DNA of 64,000 bases, taken from Emiliania huxleyi CCMP1516. Taxonomy: Eukaryota. Shown here piece by piece: positions 1 through 12,255 of the stretch. The stretch is taken from the NCBI RefSeq assembly GCF_000372725.1, contig NW_005201092.1:408564-472563 (forward strand), given 5' to 3'. Positions within the stretch are counted from its first letter, which is position 1, and each line of letters starts with the position of its first letter. The position numbers and the translations under genes are program-made. Under the pieces are notes generated by a model. That model worked only from the letters and a program-made list of their open reading frames with translations, searched no databases and had not been told where the DNA came from.

Positions 1-3000
1 TTCGCCTCTTCCCCATCCGTGCGCCCGAGCTTTCGGTTCAGCGCGCCTCCCCTATCTCGCCGCTCGAGCCCACCCCTGCGCCGCCGAAATTTCGTTCAAC
101 CAACAGGTCTCTCTGCCCCCCTGAGGAGAGGAGAGGAGAGGAGTGGAGAGGAGAGGGAGAGGAGAGAGGAGAGAGGAGCGAGGAGATGGGGGGGGGGGGG
201 GGGGGCAGCCTCGAGATGATCTGGTTGCCCTTGACGATCTCGCCGGCCGAGGCGGTGAGCTTGGCCTGCAGCTTGGCGGCCTCCTCCTTCTGCGCCGCCA
301 CCTGCTCCTCCAGCCGCCGCCTCGCGTCCGCCGCCGCCTGTTCAATCACACCAACCGAGTGGCTATTCCTCTTCCCCATTCGTACCGCCTCGCGTCCGCC
401 GCCGCCTCGAGCAGCGACGACGTCTTTGCGACGAGCGCGTCCTTGTCGGCGGTGCTCGCGCTCAGCGCGGCAACCTCGATGCGCGAGGCGCCGGCCGCCT
501 TCTCGAGGGCGTGGTTGGCGGCGGCGAGGCCGCTGTTCTCGCGGCGCAGCTCCGCGGTCTGCTCGCGCAGCAGCGCCGCCTCCTGCTCCGCCCCCTCCAG
601 CCGGTGCGTCGCCTCTCGCGTCGCCAGCCGCGACTCGTGCAGCTGCGCCGCCAGCGCCGCCGCCCGGCTCTCCGCCTCTCGGTGCGCGGAGCGAGACTCG
701 GACAGCTCCGCCTGGAAGCTCTCCCTCAGTCGCTCCGCCGCCCCCTCCGCCGCCTGCGCCGCCTCCTCGCGCGCCGCCGCCGCCGCCTCGGCCGCCTCGG
801 CCGCCGAAGCGGCGTGCAGCGCCTGCAACGGAGGTCAGCTCACGCGCAGGGAGAGGTCCTACTCGTGTCCTCTATCTCGACTCTATCTCGACTGCACCTC
901 GGCTGCACCTCGGCTGCACCTCGGCTGCACCTCGGCTGCACCTCGGCTGCACCTCGGCTGCACCTCGGCTGCACCTCGGCTGCACCTCGGCTGCACCTCG
1001 GCTGCACCTCGGCTGCACCTCGGCTGCACCTCGGCTGTCTCTCGGCTGTCTCTCGGCTGTCTCTCACCTTCAGCTCGACGATCTCGCGGCGGCGGCCGTC
1101 GTCCGCCAGGCGCAGCCGCTCCGCCGCGTCGGCGTGCGCTGCGGCGGTCTCGGAGAGCTGAGCCTGCTCGTGGCCCAGGCAGGCGCGGGAGATGGGGGAG
1201 ATGTGGGGAGATGTGGGGAGATGTGGGGAGATGTGGGGAGAGCTGAGCCTGCTCGTGGCCCAGGCAGGCGGGGGAGATGGGGAGATGTGGGGAGATGTGG
1301 GGAGATGTGGGGAGATGGGGGAGATGTGGGGAGATGTGGGGAGATGTGGGGAGAGCTGAGCCTGCTCGTGGGCCAGGCAGTCATAACACACCACCGTGCG
1401 GGTGTGAGGAGTGCACGGGGGAGGACAGTCCGTGTGTACGAGGCCCGTGCTCCTCCCGTGCTCCTGCCGTGCTCCTGCCGTGCTCCTGCCGTGCTCCTGC
1501 TGTGCTCCTCCCGTGCTCCTGCTGTGCTCCTGCTGTGCTCCTGCTGTGCTCCTGCTGTGCTCCTGCCAGCCCTCGCACCAAGTGTGTGCTCTCACGGCTA
1601 GGCTGCGGTGTGCGCGAGCTCTTGCTGCTCGGATTGGGGTGAGGGGGGGGTCCGAGCTCTCCTTGAGGATGGGGTGGGGTACTTGGCAGGGGCGTGAGAG
1701 GGCCTGGGCGAAGGCGAAGGTCAGGGGGCANNNNNNNNNNNNNNNNNNNNNNNNNNNNNNNNNNNNNNNNNNNNNNNNNNNNNNNNNNNNNNNNNNNNNN
1801 NNNNNNNNNNNNNNNNNNNNNNNNNNNNNNNNNNNNNNNNNNNNNNNNNNNNNNNNNNNNNNNNNNNNNNNNNNNNNNNNNNNNNNNNNNNNNNNNNNNN
1901 NNNNNNNNNNNNNNNNNNNNNNNNNNNNNNNNNNNNNNNNNNNNNNNNNNNNNNNNNNNNNNNNNNNNNNNNNNNNNNNNNNNNNNNNNNNNNNNNNNNN
2001 NNNNNNNNNNNNNNNNNNNNNNNNNNNNNNNNNNNNNNNNNNNNNNNNNNNNNNNNNNNNNNNNNNNNNNNNNNNNNNNNNNNNNNNNNNNNNNNNNNNN
2101 NNNNNNNNNNNNNNNNNNNNNNNNNNNNNNNNNNAGGGGCAGCCGCATCAGTACCAAGGGAAAAAGCGAGTATGCGCCCTGTTAGGGCCCCCCCCGCCGT
2201 CCGCCTCTCGCTCGCTTGGTGGCCGATCCCCCCCCCCACCGCCGCCGCCTCTCGCTCCTCTCTGAGCCCGCGCCGTCGTCGCCGGCGGAGAGGGAGAGGG
2301 AGAGGTGGCAGAGCTGGCGGAAGGGGTTCGTCTCGGTGACGGTCAGGCGGGGCGTCGCCGGTCCGCCTACGCTCCGCGCGATCTCGCCTGATCTCGAGGC
2401 GATCTCGCTGCGCAGCCGGGCGGGCTGTCCCCGCAGCCGCACCGCCGCCCGAGCCGCCGCGGCCAGAGACGTCGGCTCCTGCGGGTGGGTCAGGGAGGGC
2501 AGGGGCGGTGAGACGAGGGGCCGGGAGGGCAGCAGCGGCGACAGTGCGGCGGCGAGGGCGGCGGCGGTGACAGTGGCGGCGGTGGCAGTGGCGGCAACGC
2601 TCGGCGGCAAATTCTCAGCCCTTCTCCCCGCCACTCTCACTTTATCCGGCGCCGCCGCCGCTCGAGGGTGGGCGGCCGTACCTCGGCCACTCCCTGGCCA
2701 CATCTCGGCCCCATCGCTGCTACCTCTCGCCCTCCGCTCGCCACCGCTCGAGCGTCGGCGGCTTGCCGGCGGAGGAGGAGGCGGCGCTGTCGCCGACAGA
2801 GAGCTCAGCGACGAAACGCGGCTGCTCCTCGGCGGCACACGCCTGGCACTGGCGCAGCAGCTCGACCAGCTTGCCCGGGAAGGTCGCAAAGTCCACCAGC
2901 AGAGACTGGCGGCGCGGCGGGCGGAGGGCGGCGGTGAGTGCGCCAGCAGCCGTGTAGGGGGCGGTGGGGCGGAAAGGCGGCGGGTGGCGGTGGGGAAGGC

Positions 3001-3442
3001 GGCAGGCGTGGCGGCGGCGGAGAGGGCAGCGGAGGCGGAGAGGGCAGCGGAGGCGACTGCGGCGACGGCTTGGCCGCGCGCGGTGCCGGTGCAGCAGAGG
3101 CGGCGGGCTTGCAAGCGGCACGCGGCACCTGCTCCGTCTTGAGGGCGTGGAAGTCGTCCTCCGAAAGGTGGAGAGAGTAGAGGAGGTAGGCGTCGGTCTC
3201 ATCGGTGAGCTGCAGGTTCAGCACGCGCTGCCGCGCCATCCCGCCCGCCGCCGCCTATGGCCGCAGAGTGGACCCTAAGAAGCGAGGCTGAGCCACGCCG
3301 ACGCGAGCGTGCACAGGTCTCTGCGCGCCGATCCGTGCGCCATCTCGACGGTGATCGTGGCGCGGCGGTCCTCGCGGTCGGTGTACTTGAGCGTGACCGG
3401 CACTTCGCCGTTGAAGAAGGAGGGCTCTAGGGCCGACTCCAT
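1..3442 (-). CDS. SAS6: SAS-6 centriolar cartwheel protein (spliced, 3' end beyond left edge, spans N gap)
   Basis: ATG at 3442 gives MESALEPSFFNGEVPVTLKYTDREDRRATITVEM. Later exons read RVLNLQLTDETDAYLLYSLHLSEDDFHALKTEQ, SLLVDFATFPGKLVELLRQC..PRFVAEL and LTVTETNPFRQLCHLSL, matching the SAS-6 head domain. A long coiled coil follows, with EIVKGNQIISRL (~210-250) resembling the conserved coil-end motif. Confidence 0.88.
893..1064. repeat. Intronic 11-bp tandem repeat (CTGCACCTCGG)n then (CTGTCTCTCGG)n
   Basis: Visible directly. Related 10-11-mers recur in introns at ~17415-17577, 36325-36487, 55960-56070 and 59540-59660. Confidence 0.95.
1153..1380. repeat. Composite intronic repeat: three copies of GAGAGCTGAGCCTGCTCGTGG.. 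separated by (GGGGAGATGT)n
   Basis: Visible directly. The unit contains the minus-strand acceptor and the start of the following exon. Confidence 0.85.
1731..2134. other. Assembly gap (N run)
   Basis: Run of N. Confidence 1.
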
Positions 3443-3799
3443 TCTGAGCGAAAGCCGGTACTCGCCGTTGGGCTGTGGCCTCTCTCTAGCGGCAAATGTC
3501 CGATTTTCTTTTTATTGGCTCCCTTTGCCCGCCGCCCCTCTCCACCGCCCCCTCGCCAGACACGCCGCCGCCCGCCCGCCTCCTCGACCTCCCCACGGAC
3601 CTCCTCGTGCGCGCCCTCTCTCAACTGCCACAGCCCCATCGACATCTGTCCATCCATGTAGCTCACAAAACAACACTCTGTAGCTCCCCGTTCTTTTCCA
3701 AGAAAGAAAGAAAGAAAAGGGAAACCCAAGGGAGGGATGGGAGGACCCGTTCTTTTCCATGTACCTCACACGACATACGCGCGGTTTCTTTTTCTCGCG

Positions 3800-4726
3800 A
3801 TGTCTGTTTCGCCGTGCCGCAGCTCGCGCCGCCTCGCCGCCGCCGCAACCCACGCCCCCTCGCCAATCACGCCGCCGCCCACCCGCCTCCTCGACCTCCC
3901 CACGGCGCTCCTCGAGCACATCCTCTCTCGCTGCGAAAGCCCCCTCGACATCGCTCGCGCCGCGGCCCTCTCGCTTCTCTTCCACGCCTCGCTCACGGCA
4001 GAGGGCATCCGCTTGTGGGCGCAAGAGCGCGGCTTCGAGCTGCCGGCGCAGCCAGAGGACGAGAGCTGCGCCGTGCGGTGGCTGTGCTATTCGGCCTTGC
4101 TACGCGAGTCCAACCCGCCGGCGAGGGCGGCGGGAGGCTATACGCACAGCGTCTTCATCGACGGCGAGGGGCGGCTCTCGTCGTGCGGCTGTGCCAGATT
4201 TTCTTTTTATTGGCTCCCTTCTTCCTTCCGAAAAATCACCTTTCTTTTCCTCGGCTGGAGGCGCGCACAGCCTCGCCCTCACCGCCGATGGCGCCGTCTG
4301 GAGCTGGGGCTGGGCAGACGAGCGGGCCAGCTGGGCCACGGCGACAAGCAGGACCAGCTGCTGCCGAAGAAGGTCGAGGCCTTTGCTGGCCGGCGCGTCG
4401 TCGCCGTCTCGGCAGGATCCCGCCACAGCCTCGCCCTGTCCGCCGACGGCGCCGTCTGGAGCTGGGGCGAAGGATACTACGGCGAGCTGGGCCACGGCGA
4501 CACGCATAGGCAGCTGCTGCCGAAGAAGGTCGAGGCCTTTGCTGGCCGGCGCGCCGTCGCTGTGTCGGCTGGAGCGTACCAAAGCCTCGCCTGCACCGCC
4601 GACGGCGCCGTCTTCACGTGGGGCAAGGGCGAAGACGGCTGCCTAGGACACGGAGAGGACCTGTCGAACCAGCTACTGCCCAAGAAGGTCGAGGCGCGGC
4701 CGCCCAGCACGCCCGCATCCGCTTGA
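3800..4726 (+). pseudogene. F-box-like plus RCC1-repeat protein, apparently disrupted
   Basis: RLLDLPTALLEHILSRC is F-box-like. RCC1 repeats include VVAVSAGSRHSLALSADGAVWSWGEGYYGELGHGD and AVFTWGKGEDGCLGHG. An AT-rich segment at ~4190-4250 has no AG acceptor and replaces part of a repeat, and the frame shifts near 4320. A duplicate F-box fragment sits at ~3560-3630. Confidence 0.65.
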
Positions 4727-5574
4727 CCAACCGCAAGATCCTTGCCAGTGTGAAGTCTATGCGCAGTTTGCAGGGCCCGACCCACGTACTTGAGACTTGT
4801 GTGTTTTTGCGTGGGCATGTCATGACCAGCGCGTTGAGAGAGCGGAATAAAACTCTCCCCCCCCAGAACGCGCACGAACGGCATCTCAAAACGGACAACG
4901 CGAGCTGTGGTGCGCCTGCGTGGTGGCTGTGCGCGCGTGCAAGCCCTGCTGGCTCCGCGACTCACAGGGCGGGCTGCGGGTCCAGGCCGCCCGCGCTCAG
5001 CAGGCAAGAGCCGAGCGCCGTGCGCGCGCGCGCCAGATCAACCGCCTTGCGCGCAAGGCTCAACGCTCGGGCGTTGACCGCACCGCGTACCCTCCCCACT
5101 CCCGCCTCTCATTTGTGTCACACCACGCGGAACGCATCTCCATCGCGTCGGTGAAGGGGGTGAACCGCGCCATCCTCGATCGCCGTACAAAGCTCGCTTC
5201 CGAGCTCTCACGCCGCGCGTAGGGCCCTTAGGGGCCTAGAGAACACACCCCCCTCTCCCTTTTCTCCCAGTAAGCTAAAAACGTAAAGGTACAATGAACA
5301 CACCAGTGAGGGAGGGCGAGACGATCGAGGGGTCCCGTACCATGCGGAATCGACCCTATCCAGTGCTCAAGTGCTCAAGGTACAATGAAAAAGCGCCGCA
5401 ATGTGCAGGATCATAGGAGGGACGTGTTCGGGACGCCAGTCCCTTCCTCGGCCGGCTCCTGAGGTGTTGGCCCGTCTCCCGTCCCCGTCGCCACCTCCCG
5501 TGTCCGTCTCCACCTTGGACCTCCCGTCTCCACCTTGGGAGAGGCAGCTGCCCAGTTCTCGGTAGCACGCACGC

Positions 5575-7146
5575 ATGCCGCTCAACGCCCTCTGCAAGTG
5601 CTGCCGCCAGAGCCGCACCAAGTGCGACATGATCCAGCCGGACGGGACGGTGCGCGAGTGCTCCCGCTGCAAGAGGCTCGGCCTACTGTGCATCCCCGAA
5701 GAGGACAGGCGCAAGCTCGGCAAGGGCCGCAGCAAGGGCCAAAAGGCGACGGTGGAGCTCTCCTCGCGCACCATCGCGGAGCAGGGAGGGGCGCTGCTTC
5801 CGACTGACTTCGGGCCGGCCCTCGTGTCTGCCGCCACGCTTTCCAAGTGCTCCTCTTCGGCTGGCTGGCACCCGTCCATCTGCGAGCCGGCGCAGGTCCC
5901 CATCCAGGTCTCCGTGTCCGTGTCGACCGCCGACGAGGCCGTGGAGCTCGGCAGGATCTTTGGCCAGATGGCCTCCTACATGACAAAGCTGCTCGTGATG
6001 GCCTGCTCGCACGGCAACCGTCTCTCTGACCGCAACGTGCTGATGGGAGCGCTGCACGTCGTCCTCGACGTCGCGGAGAAGCGCAACTGCTGCTCCCTGA
6101 CGGCCTTTGCGATGCGGTCGGCCCACCAGCTCGGCTTCAAGATGTCGGACATCCAGCTCAAGGAGGGGGCCGTCTATACATCTCCCCTCCCCCTCTCCGT
6201 CCCGGACGTCGTCATGGACCTCTTCAGCTCGCCCTGCCTTGTCTTTGCCCGCATGTTCGACGGGACCAGCTATCGAAACGCGCCCAACGCCCACCTCACG
6301 GAGCACCTCGGATTTCTCTCCGCCGACAAGGTGGTCCCCCACGCCATGAAATCGGCCGCCGGACCCCCGCAGCTGCTCAACCTGCTCCTCGAGAAGGAGG
6401 CGGATCGGCAGCGGCTGCTGAAGGCCTTTGCCGAGGCGCTGAGCATGCCGCTGTCGCCCGTCGAGTCCAAGCAGGAGGGCGTCACGGTCACGATGGGCCA
6501 GGTGCAGATCGACGGACCGTTCGTGCTCAAGATGAGGCGGGGAAGCCAGTTCGTGCAGGGCCTCTCGAAGCTGGGCGTCGCGCTCGAGCTCGGTGCCGAG
6601 TCGGACGAGGTGGCGGTCTCCTTCACGGGCCACGTGCGGCGCGTGCTCGTGCGCGAGGCTGGGAGCAGCCGCATCCCGTGCAGCTTCTTCATGAGCGCTT
6701 TCTCGCCGTTTGGCGCCGACGGAGGGGGCGTACTCCAGGTCCGCGACAGCGGCCGCCCCGGCCAGCTAAAGCGGCCGCTGGAGGCTCCGCGCGCCCCACC
6801 CGCCCCGTCGTGCGCGCCTCTTTCGCCTCCCTCGACGCCGCCCGCGCCCCTGTGTGCCGTCGGCGTCGCCTCGCCGGAGAAGCACCCGCGGAGGTCGACC
6901 GGCCCTCGATCGCGCGCCTCGTGGACGCAATACATCGCCACGGCGCCGGCCGCGGCGCCGCCCGGCCCCTCCTCCGCCGTGAGCGCGATCACGAGCCACC
7001 CCAGGTTCGAGGAGGTGAAGGGAGAGCTTCTGGGCGGCGCATCCCCGGAGCAGGTGGTGATGGGCCTCACGGGGAGCGCGCCGGAGCTGGCGCAGCTCAT
7101 CATCGCCAACCAGGACACCGTCAAGGCGCTGCTCCTGAAGGGAGGT

Positions 7147-7198
<52 letters not shown>

Positions 7199-7371
7199 GC
7201 GCGGGCGCGGGGGGCGACAAGATTGACGACTCGTGCGACGGCCAGCTGTCATCTGTGAGCGAGGAGGAGCTGTGCGCCATGATCGACGACGATGTGATGG
7301 CCGATTGCGCGCGTTGCGTCCAGCTCTGCGGCGGCGAATCGCTCATCTCAGAGGTGCTCGCGCTGATCTGA
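5575..7371 (+). CDS. Zn(II)2Cys6 binuclear-cluster transcription factor with C-terminal XPC-binding/STI1-like domain
   Basis: Intronless 598-aa ORF. CKCCRQSRTKC-x11-CSRCKRLGLLC fits C-x2-C-x6-C-xn-C-x2-C-x6-C. SHPRFEEVKGELL..PELAQLIIANQDTVKALL resembles the Rad23 XPC-binding domain. Confidence 0.8.
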
Positions 7372-8485
7372 GTGCGAGCCTCGGTGTACAGGTTTCATCG
7401 TGTCCATTATGCGCTGTCTGCCTTGCTGTCTGCCAGACTTAGTCTGCGCGTCCCTCCCTGCGCGCTGTGCTCGAGGCGCTGTGGTCATTGTGTACACGTT
7501 CTTACCCTGTGTGCTGTGCTCTTAGTAGGAAAAGGAAAAGAAAAATCGTAAGCCTAGCTCAAAAGAAAAGCAAAAACACCATTCTCAGGCCCACAGAGCA
7601 CAAGAAGAGCACAGTCATCGCCCGCACCAAGAGTAGACGTCATCCAAATCGACCGCCGCGGCTCCGTGTCGAGAACGGAAGCTCGCGGTCGCCACAACCC
7701 CATTTTTTTCTGTTGTTGACCGGGACGCCTGCTTTGAGAGCTCGAAGTGCTGTGCAGCTCGCACGCATGAGCCTCTTAGAGCGCCTAGGTGGCTCATCGG
7801 ACCTCTTCCTCGTCGCACCGATCCGAGACTTCCCTTGCCTCAAATGCTTGGGATTGTTCACCGCCCTCGTGCAGCTTGCCACGATGATGCTCATCTTCGT
7901 GTCCTTCAGCCTCGACGACGACGCACACAAGCTTGGGACGGACCCGATGAAGAAGCCGGACTACATCGGACAAGCCCCGACCGACGTTGAGCTTCTGCCC
8001 CGCACACCCCCACCCCCCTCCGCTCCGCACGAACACCCAGGCCCGACACGCACATACAAGACAAACCTGGCGTTCTTGCTCTCAAAAGAAAAAGAAAAAA
8101 GGAATGAGGAGACCAGCGGGGGAGACTCCCCGCCTATGCAACACCCCACGCAGGGAGGGGCTGCCATCGCCGAAGCTGTGCCTAAGCATAACTCCAAAAC
8201 CCGCAGCGGCCCAGGGGGCCTTGGGGGCAGCCTGCCGGACCGCCGCTGCACGGGGCTAAGCACCAGAAGATGAATGTAGTTGATGGATCGGGCTATCGTC
8301 CGTGCCTCCCCTCTATACGTCAGAGTGGGACCTACGCCGCGCCGGGCAAGGGGCGCGCCCGGTCCTCGACGGAGCCGCACGCCCCAAACGACCCAGGCGG
8401 CAAGTAGTCGTCGTTGAACCTCCGGCATGTAGTTGCCCGTGGTTAGCGCCCGTCCGCCCTCCGCCGTCCGCCGTCCGTCGCTTCG

Positions 8486-8563
8486 TGTGACCAGCGGAGA
8501 AAGAAGTTTACCTACCTTACCTTGTGTGACCAGCGGAGAAAGAAGTGTACCTCACCTTACCTT
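8486..8563 (+). repeat. Two tandem ~39-bp units ending in (ACCTT)n
   Basis: GTGTGACCAGCGGAGAAAGAAGT..ACCTTACCTT occurs twice. Similar tails lie at ~13688-13707 and, reversed, at 20553-20573. Confidence 0.7.
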
Positions 8564-9165
8564 ATATCGAGGGTCTGGAGAAGGGGGGGAGGCGGTGGAG
8601 AAGGGGGCGGTGGGGTGGGACCGGGAGGCCGTGGGGGGCGGCAGAGAGGGGGGCGGCGGCAGAAGGGGCGGCGAGGGAGAGGACTGGGGAGGCGGCGGCG
8701 GGGGGGGGGAAGATGACGGGGGTAGGAGGGGGAGCGGCGAAGGAGGCGGTGGAGGTGGCGGGGGGGCGAGGGGGGGCGAGGGGGGGGTCGGCGAAGTTGG
8801 GGGCGATAAAGGAAGAGGCGGCTGAGGGGGAGGCGGGCCAGACGGGAAGGGAGGAGACGACCCGGGGAAGGCGGTGGAGGAAAGGATGGCGAGGGAGGCG
8901 ACGGGGGAGGCGGCGGCGGCGGGAGAAGGAGGAGGAGGTGGGAGGGGGAATGGCAGGGGAGGTGGCGGCGTCGGGGGGGGGGGGGGGGGGTAGGGGAGGC
9001 GGCAATGAAAGAGTTGGCGAGGGCGGAAGCGGTGACAGAAAGGGCGTAAACGGCGTCACAAAGCCCGCCGATTTTGATCGACAATCGCGAGATCGACCGC
9101 CGTCGACCAGAGAAGCCTGTGGCTTGGGGCACCACCCCGGACTCAACGCAAACACTCGCGGCATC

Positions 9166-11222
9166 ATGGCAGACGATGTGTCAGCTGGGAGAGAGGACAG
9201 CCCCGTGTCCCAGCTCGGACGGAGGCTCAGTGGGATGTGGGGCGACAATGGGCCGCCCACAGAGGCCAAGAAGTGGCTGAAGCACAAGGCGGCGATCGGC
9301 AAGCGCAGCACCACGGAGAAGATGAATCGCGCGATCTTTCTCAAGAACCATAAGGTGCTCTCCTTCCCCGAAGCCAAGGCGAGCGACGCGTTCAAGGCGT
9401 ACCTCAAAGCAGAGGAGGTGTTCCTAAAGACCGAGGAGTGCCTCCTCGCCAGCTACGCCGAGCTGGTGGCCTTCCAGGCGCCTCTCCCGCCAGCCACGCC
9501 GTGACTCGCAATCCTTCTCCTGAGATCTCGATCCATGCCCGGCGCCAGGCGGGCCTCAGTCCCTTCGCAGCGAGCTTGGCTGCCGGCGCGCGTGCCTTTG
9601 CGGTGGACGGCGCGCTTGGTCCCTCGCTGGCGCCCTCTGGCTCCGCCGCCTTCTCCACCGCCATGAGCGCGGCGGAGCTCGCCTTCAAGACGAAACTGGC
9701 AGACGCGATGGCCGCGCCAGCCTAGATGCGGAAGCAGAGGCGCTCCCCAGATCTCCCCATATCTCGAGGCCTGGCGCGGGAGCATAACCCGTGTGTCCAA
9801 ACTGGCGCTCGAGACGACGCGTGGGCGCGGCGGCATCCCCGCTGTCGTCAGCGGCATTCGTAGCCCTCGCATTCACGCGATGCTCTGAGTACACCGCTCG
9901 ACGCCGCACTCCCACCTCCCCACCACCACCACCACGCTAAAGTGCTCATGGCTGTGTAGGAGACCGCCATCCTGCCGTCGGTACGGCGCAAGGCCACCGC
10001 GATGGCCGCCGTCCGGCGCCCTAGATGCAGACGAGACGCGCCGTGCGTTGCGGCTAGCAGTCGAAAGGCGTCACGGCCTCGGGAGATTACCCGAGATTAC
10101 CCGAGATTACCCGAGCGGCTAGCAGTCGACAGGCGTCACGGCCTCGGGAGATTACCCGAGATTACCCGAGATTACCCGAGCGGCTAGCAGTCGACAGGCG
10201 TTACGGCCTCGGCTGCCTTCAGCTGTGTTCGCTGCGCGCGTGGCCCGTGACACTCAATGCGCCGCGAGTGCACTGCAGACTCCGCGCTGCCCGCCCGCTG
10301 CACTAGGTGTGGCAGCACATCTCGGAGCTGCAGGTGCGTACCAGCAACCGTCCTCCTCCTCACTAGCGGTTGTGAGGAGCCCATGGCTTGTCACCATCGG
10401 CTGTTCGGAGCTGCAGGTGCTGAAGCTGAACGCAGACTATTACGCGGACAAGTACCAGAGGCTGCAGGAGAAGGCGGGCACGCAGCAGGCCAGCAAGAGA
10501 TCACCCGAGATCACCCGAGATCACCCGAGATCACCCGAGATCACCCGAGCCAAGGCCGAGCAGCCGCGAGACGGATACACCGCGGCGTACCTTACCTCGG
10601 CTGCACCTCGGCTATACCCCGGCTAATCTCGGCTAATCACGGCTAATCTCGGCTAACCTCGGCAGGCCAAGCTCGACGACAACCGCGAGAAGAGCGAGGC
10701 GGCGTCGGCGGCGTGAGACGAGGCGTCGGCCGCGCTGCTGGTCGTATTTCAGGGCTACGCGGCCATCGGCACCTCTCTGCTCCGTAGTCGCTCTCCTTCA
10801 CACCCTCCCTCCTCTACGCGCCTCTCCTCTCTTTTCGTAGGCAACACTCTGCTCTGCCGCGAGTTCGAGCTGCTGAAGAGCGCGCAGGCAGAGGGCAGCA
10901 GTAGCCAGCAGCCCGTTGCTCTAAAGGTGCTGCCCGGGCCCGCGCCTGAGCAAAAACATCCGGACGCCCACAGGCGGAGGCATACGAGGCCATGTCGGCC
11001 GAGGTGGCCGCGCTGGAGCTGCAGCGCCCCAAGTACCAGGACGAGAGACCCGACGTCGAGCTGCCGGAAGTTGGAGGCGGGACAGTCGGCCTCGCTTCGC
11101 TCGCCCGCGCCTCCAGCGCGGCGTCGGAGCCCGACGAGGCCGCGCCACCGCTCTCTCCGCGGGCGGTAGAGGGGGAGGGGGGGGATTCGCCTTCCAACCC
11201 GACTCCGGTCGAGTTGAGCTGA
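9166..11222 (+). pseudogene. BAR-domain-like protein, copy A, with in-frame TGA
   Basis: Exons MADDVSAG..AELVAFQ, VLKLNADYYADKYQRLQEK, AKLDDNREKSEAASAA and ..PVELS* give a helical BAR-like pattern. TGA at 10714-10716 corresponds to TGG in copy B. Confidence 0.5.
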
Positions 11223-12255
11223 GATGCCTTTGGTTTCGGCGGTGGCTTACGTGGGAAAACGGTGGTGTTTCCGGCTGTGCCCGGACGGTACGTACGTTGG
11301 AGCGGGTGACAAATCTACAATGTGCATGATCCTGTTCCGACGACGAGGTTTTTCTTTTTCTTGTGCGCGATACATCCTGCAGGTGTGTATGTCCGCCTCC
11401 AGCCCCCCCCCCCTGGCAGCCGCCCCCGCCGGGTTGTTGTGCAGTATATGGGCCACGATGTCTCAAATATGAAGGGGTTTTGACTCCTACCGCGTACCGG
11501 CTCCTGTCACTCTCCTGTGTCCTGACGCTATCCCTGGCAGCTCTAATGACCAGGATCAGTAGTGTTGTGATAGAGGGTGCCCATACTAGCGCAGGAGCTG
11601 CCACACTCGCCCGGACCGTCCCCTTCTGGGGCCGGTTCCGCAGCCCGCGAGAGCCGACAGCGGGGCCGTGCCGCGGGTGCCTACTGCCGAGTGCCACAAA
11701 CACTGCGCCGTCCCGCCATCACCTACAGGCTGTCTTTGTGATGGTTGGGATGTCCAAACGCCACCATCTTGGCTCTTGCGACCTCAAACCCGCGAGCTGC
11801 ATGCGTGGTCGTGACGTCGACAGACGCCCGATGACCACGGTGAAGCTGAGCCGGAACGAGTCGATAAATCTCGTCTGAGCCCGTGGCGGTCGCCGGCTGA
11901 GTCGCTGTGCACGGGCCGGTACCTCAGGCGTCACCTCCGCAGCCTCAGGTCTCACACTCCATCACCTCCGACGGGACGCCTTCGGTGGCACGCTCGGCGG
12001 CGTACTTTCTGCAGCTCCACAGCGAGCACGGCGTCGAACCGGAGCAAGAAGCAGACAGAGCGAAGCAGGAGGGACTCGACAGGGGCATGAGGGATAGGCA
12101 CCGAATGAATGGGGACTCAGATGATGCTGAGGCTCTCCATGATGTGGGGGGAGGAGGCAGTACGTAGGAGAGAAGAGATGACTGATGAGCCCCCACCGTG
12201 GCCGAAGGAGGTGAGCGAGAGGTCTAAGTTCAGGCGTGAGCACTTGAGCACTGGA

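Noticed and set aside
7767..8273. Short membrane-protein-like ORF (MSLLERLGG..)
   Set aside because: It decays into low-complexity sequence after about 70 codons and no family is recognisable.
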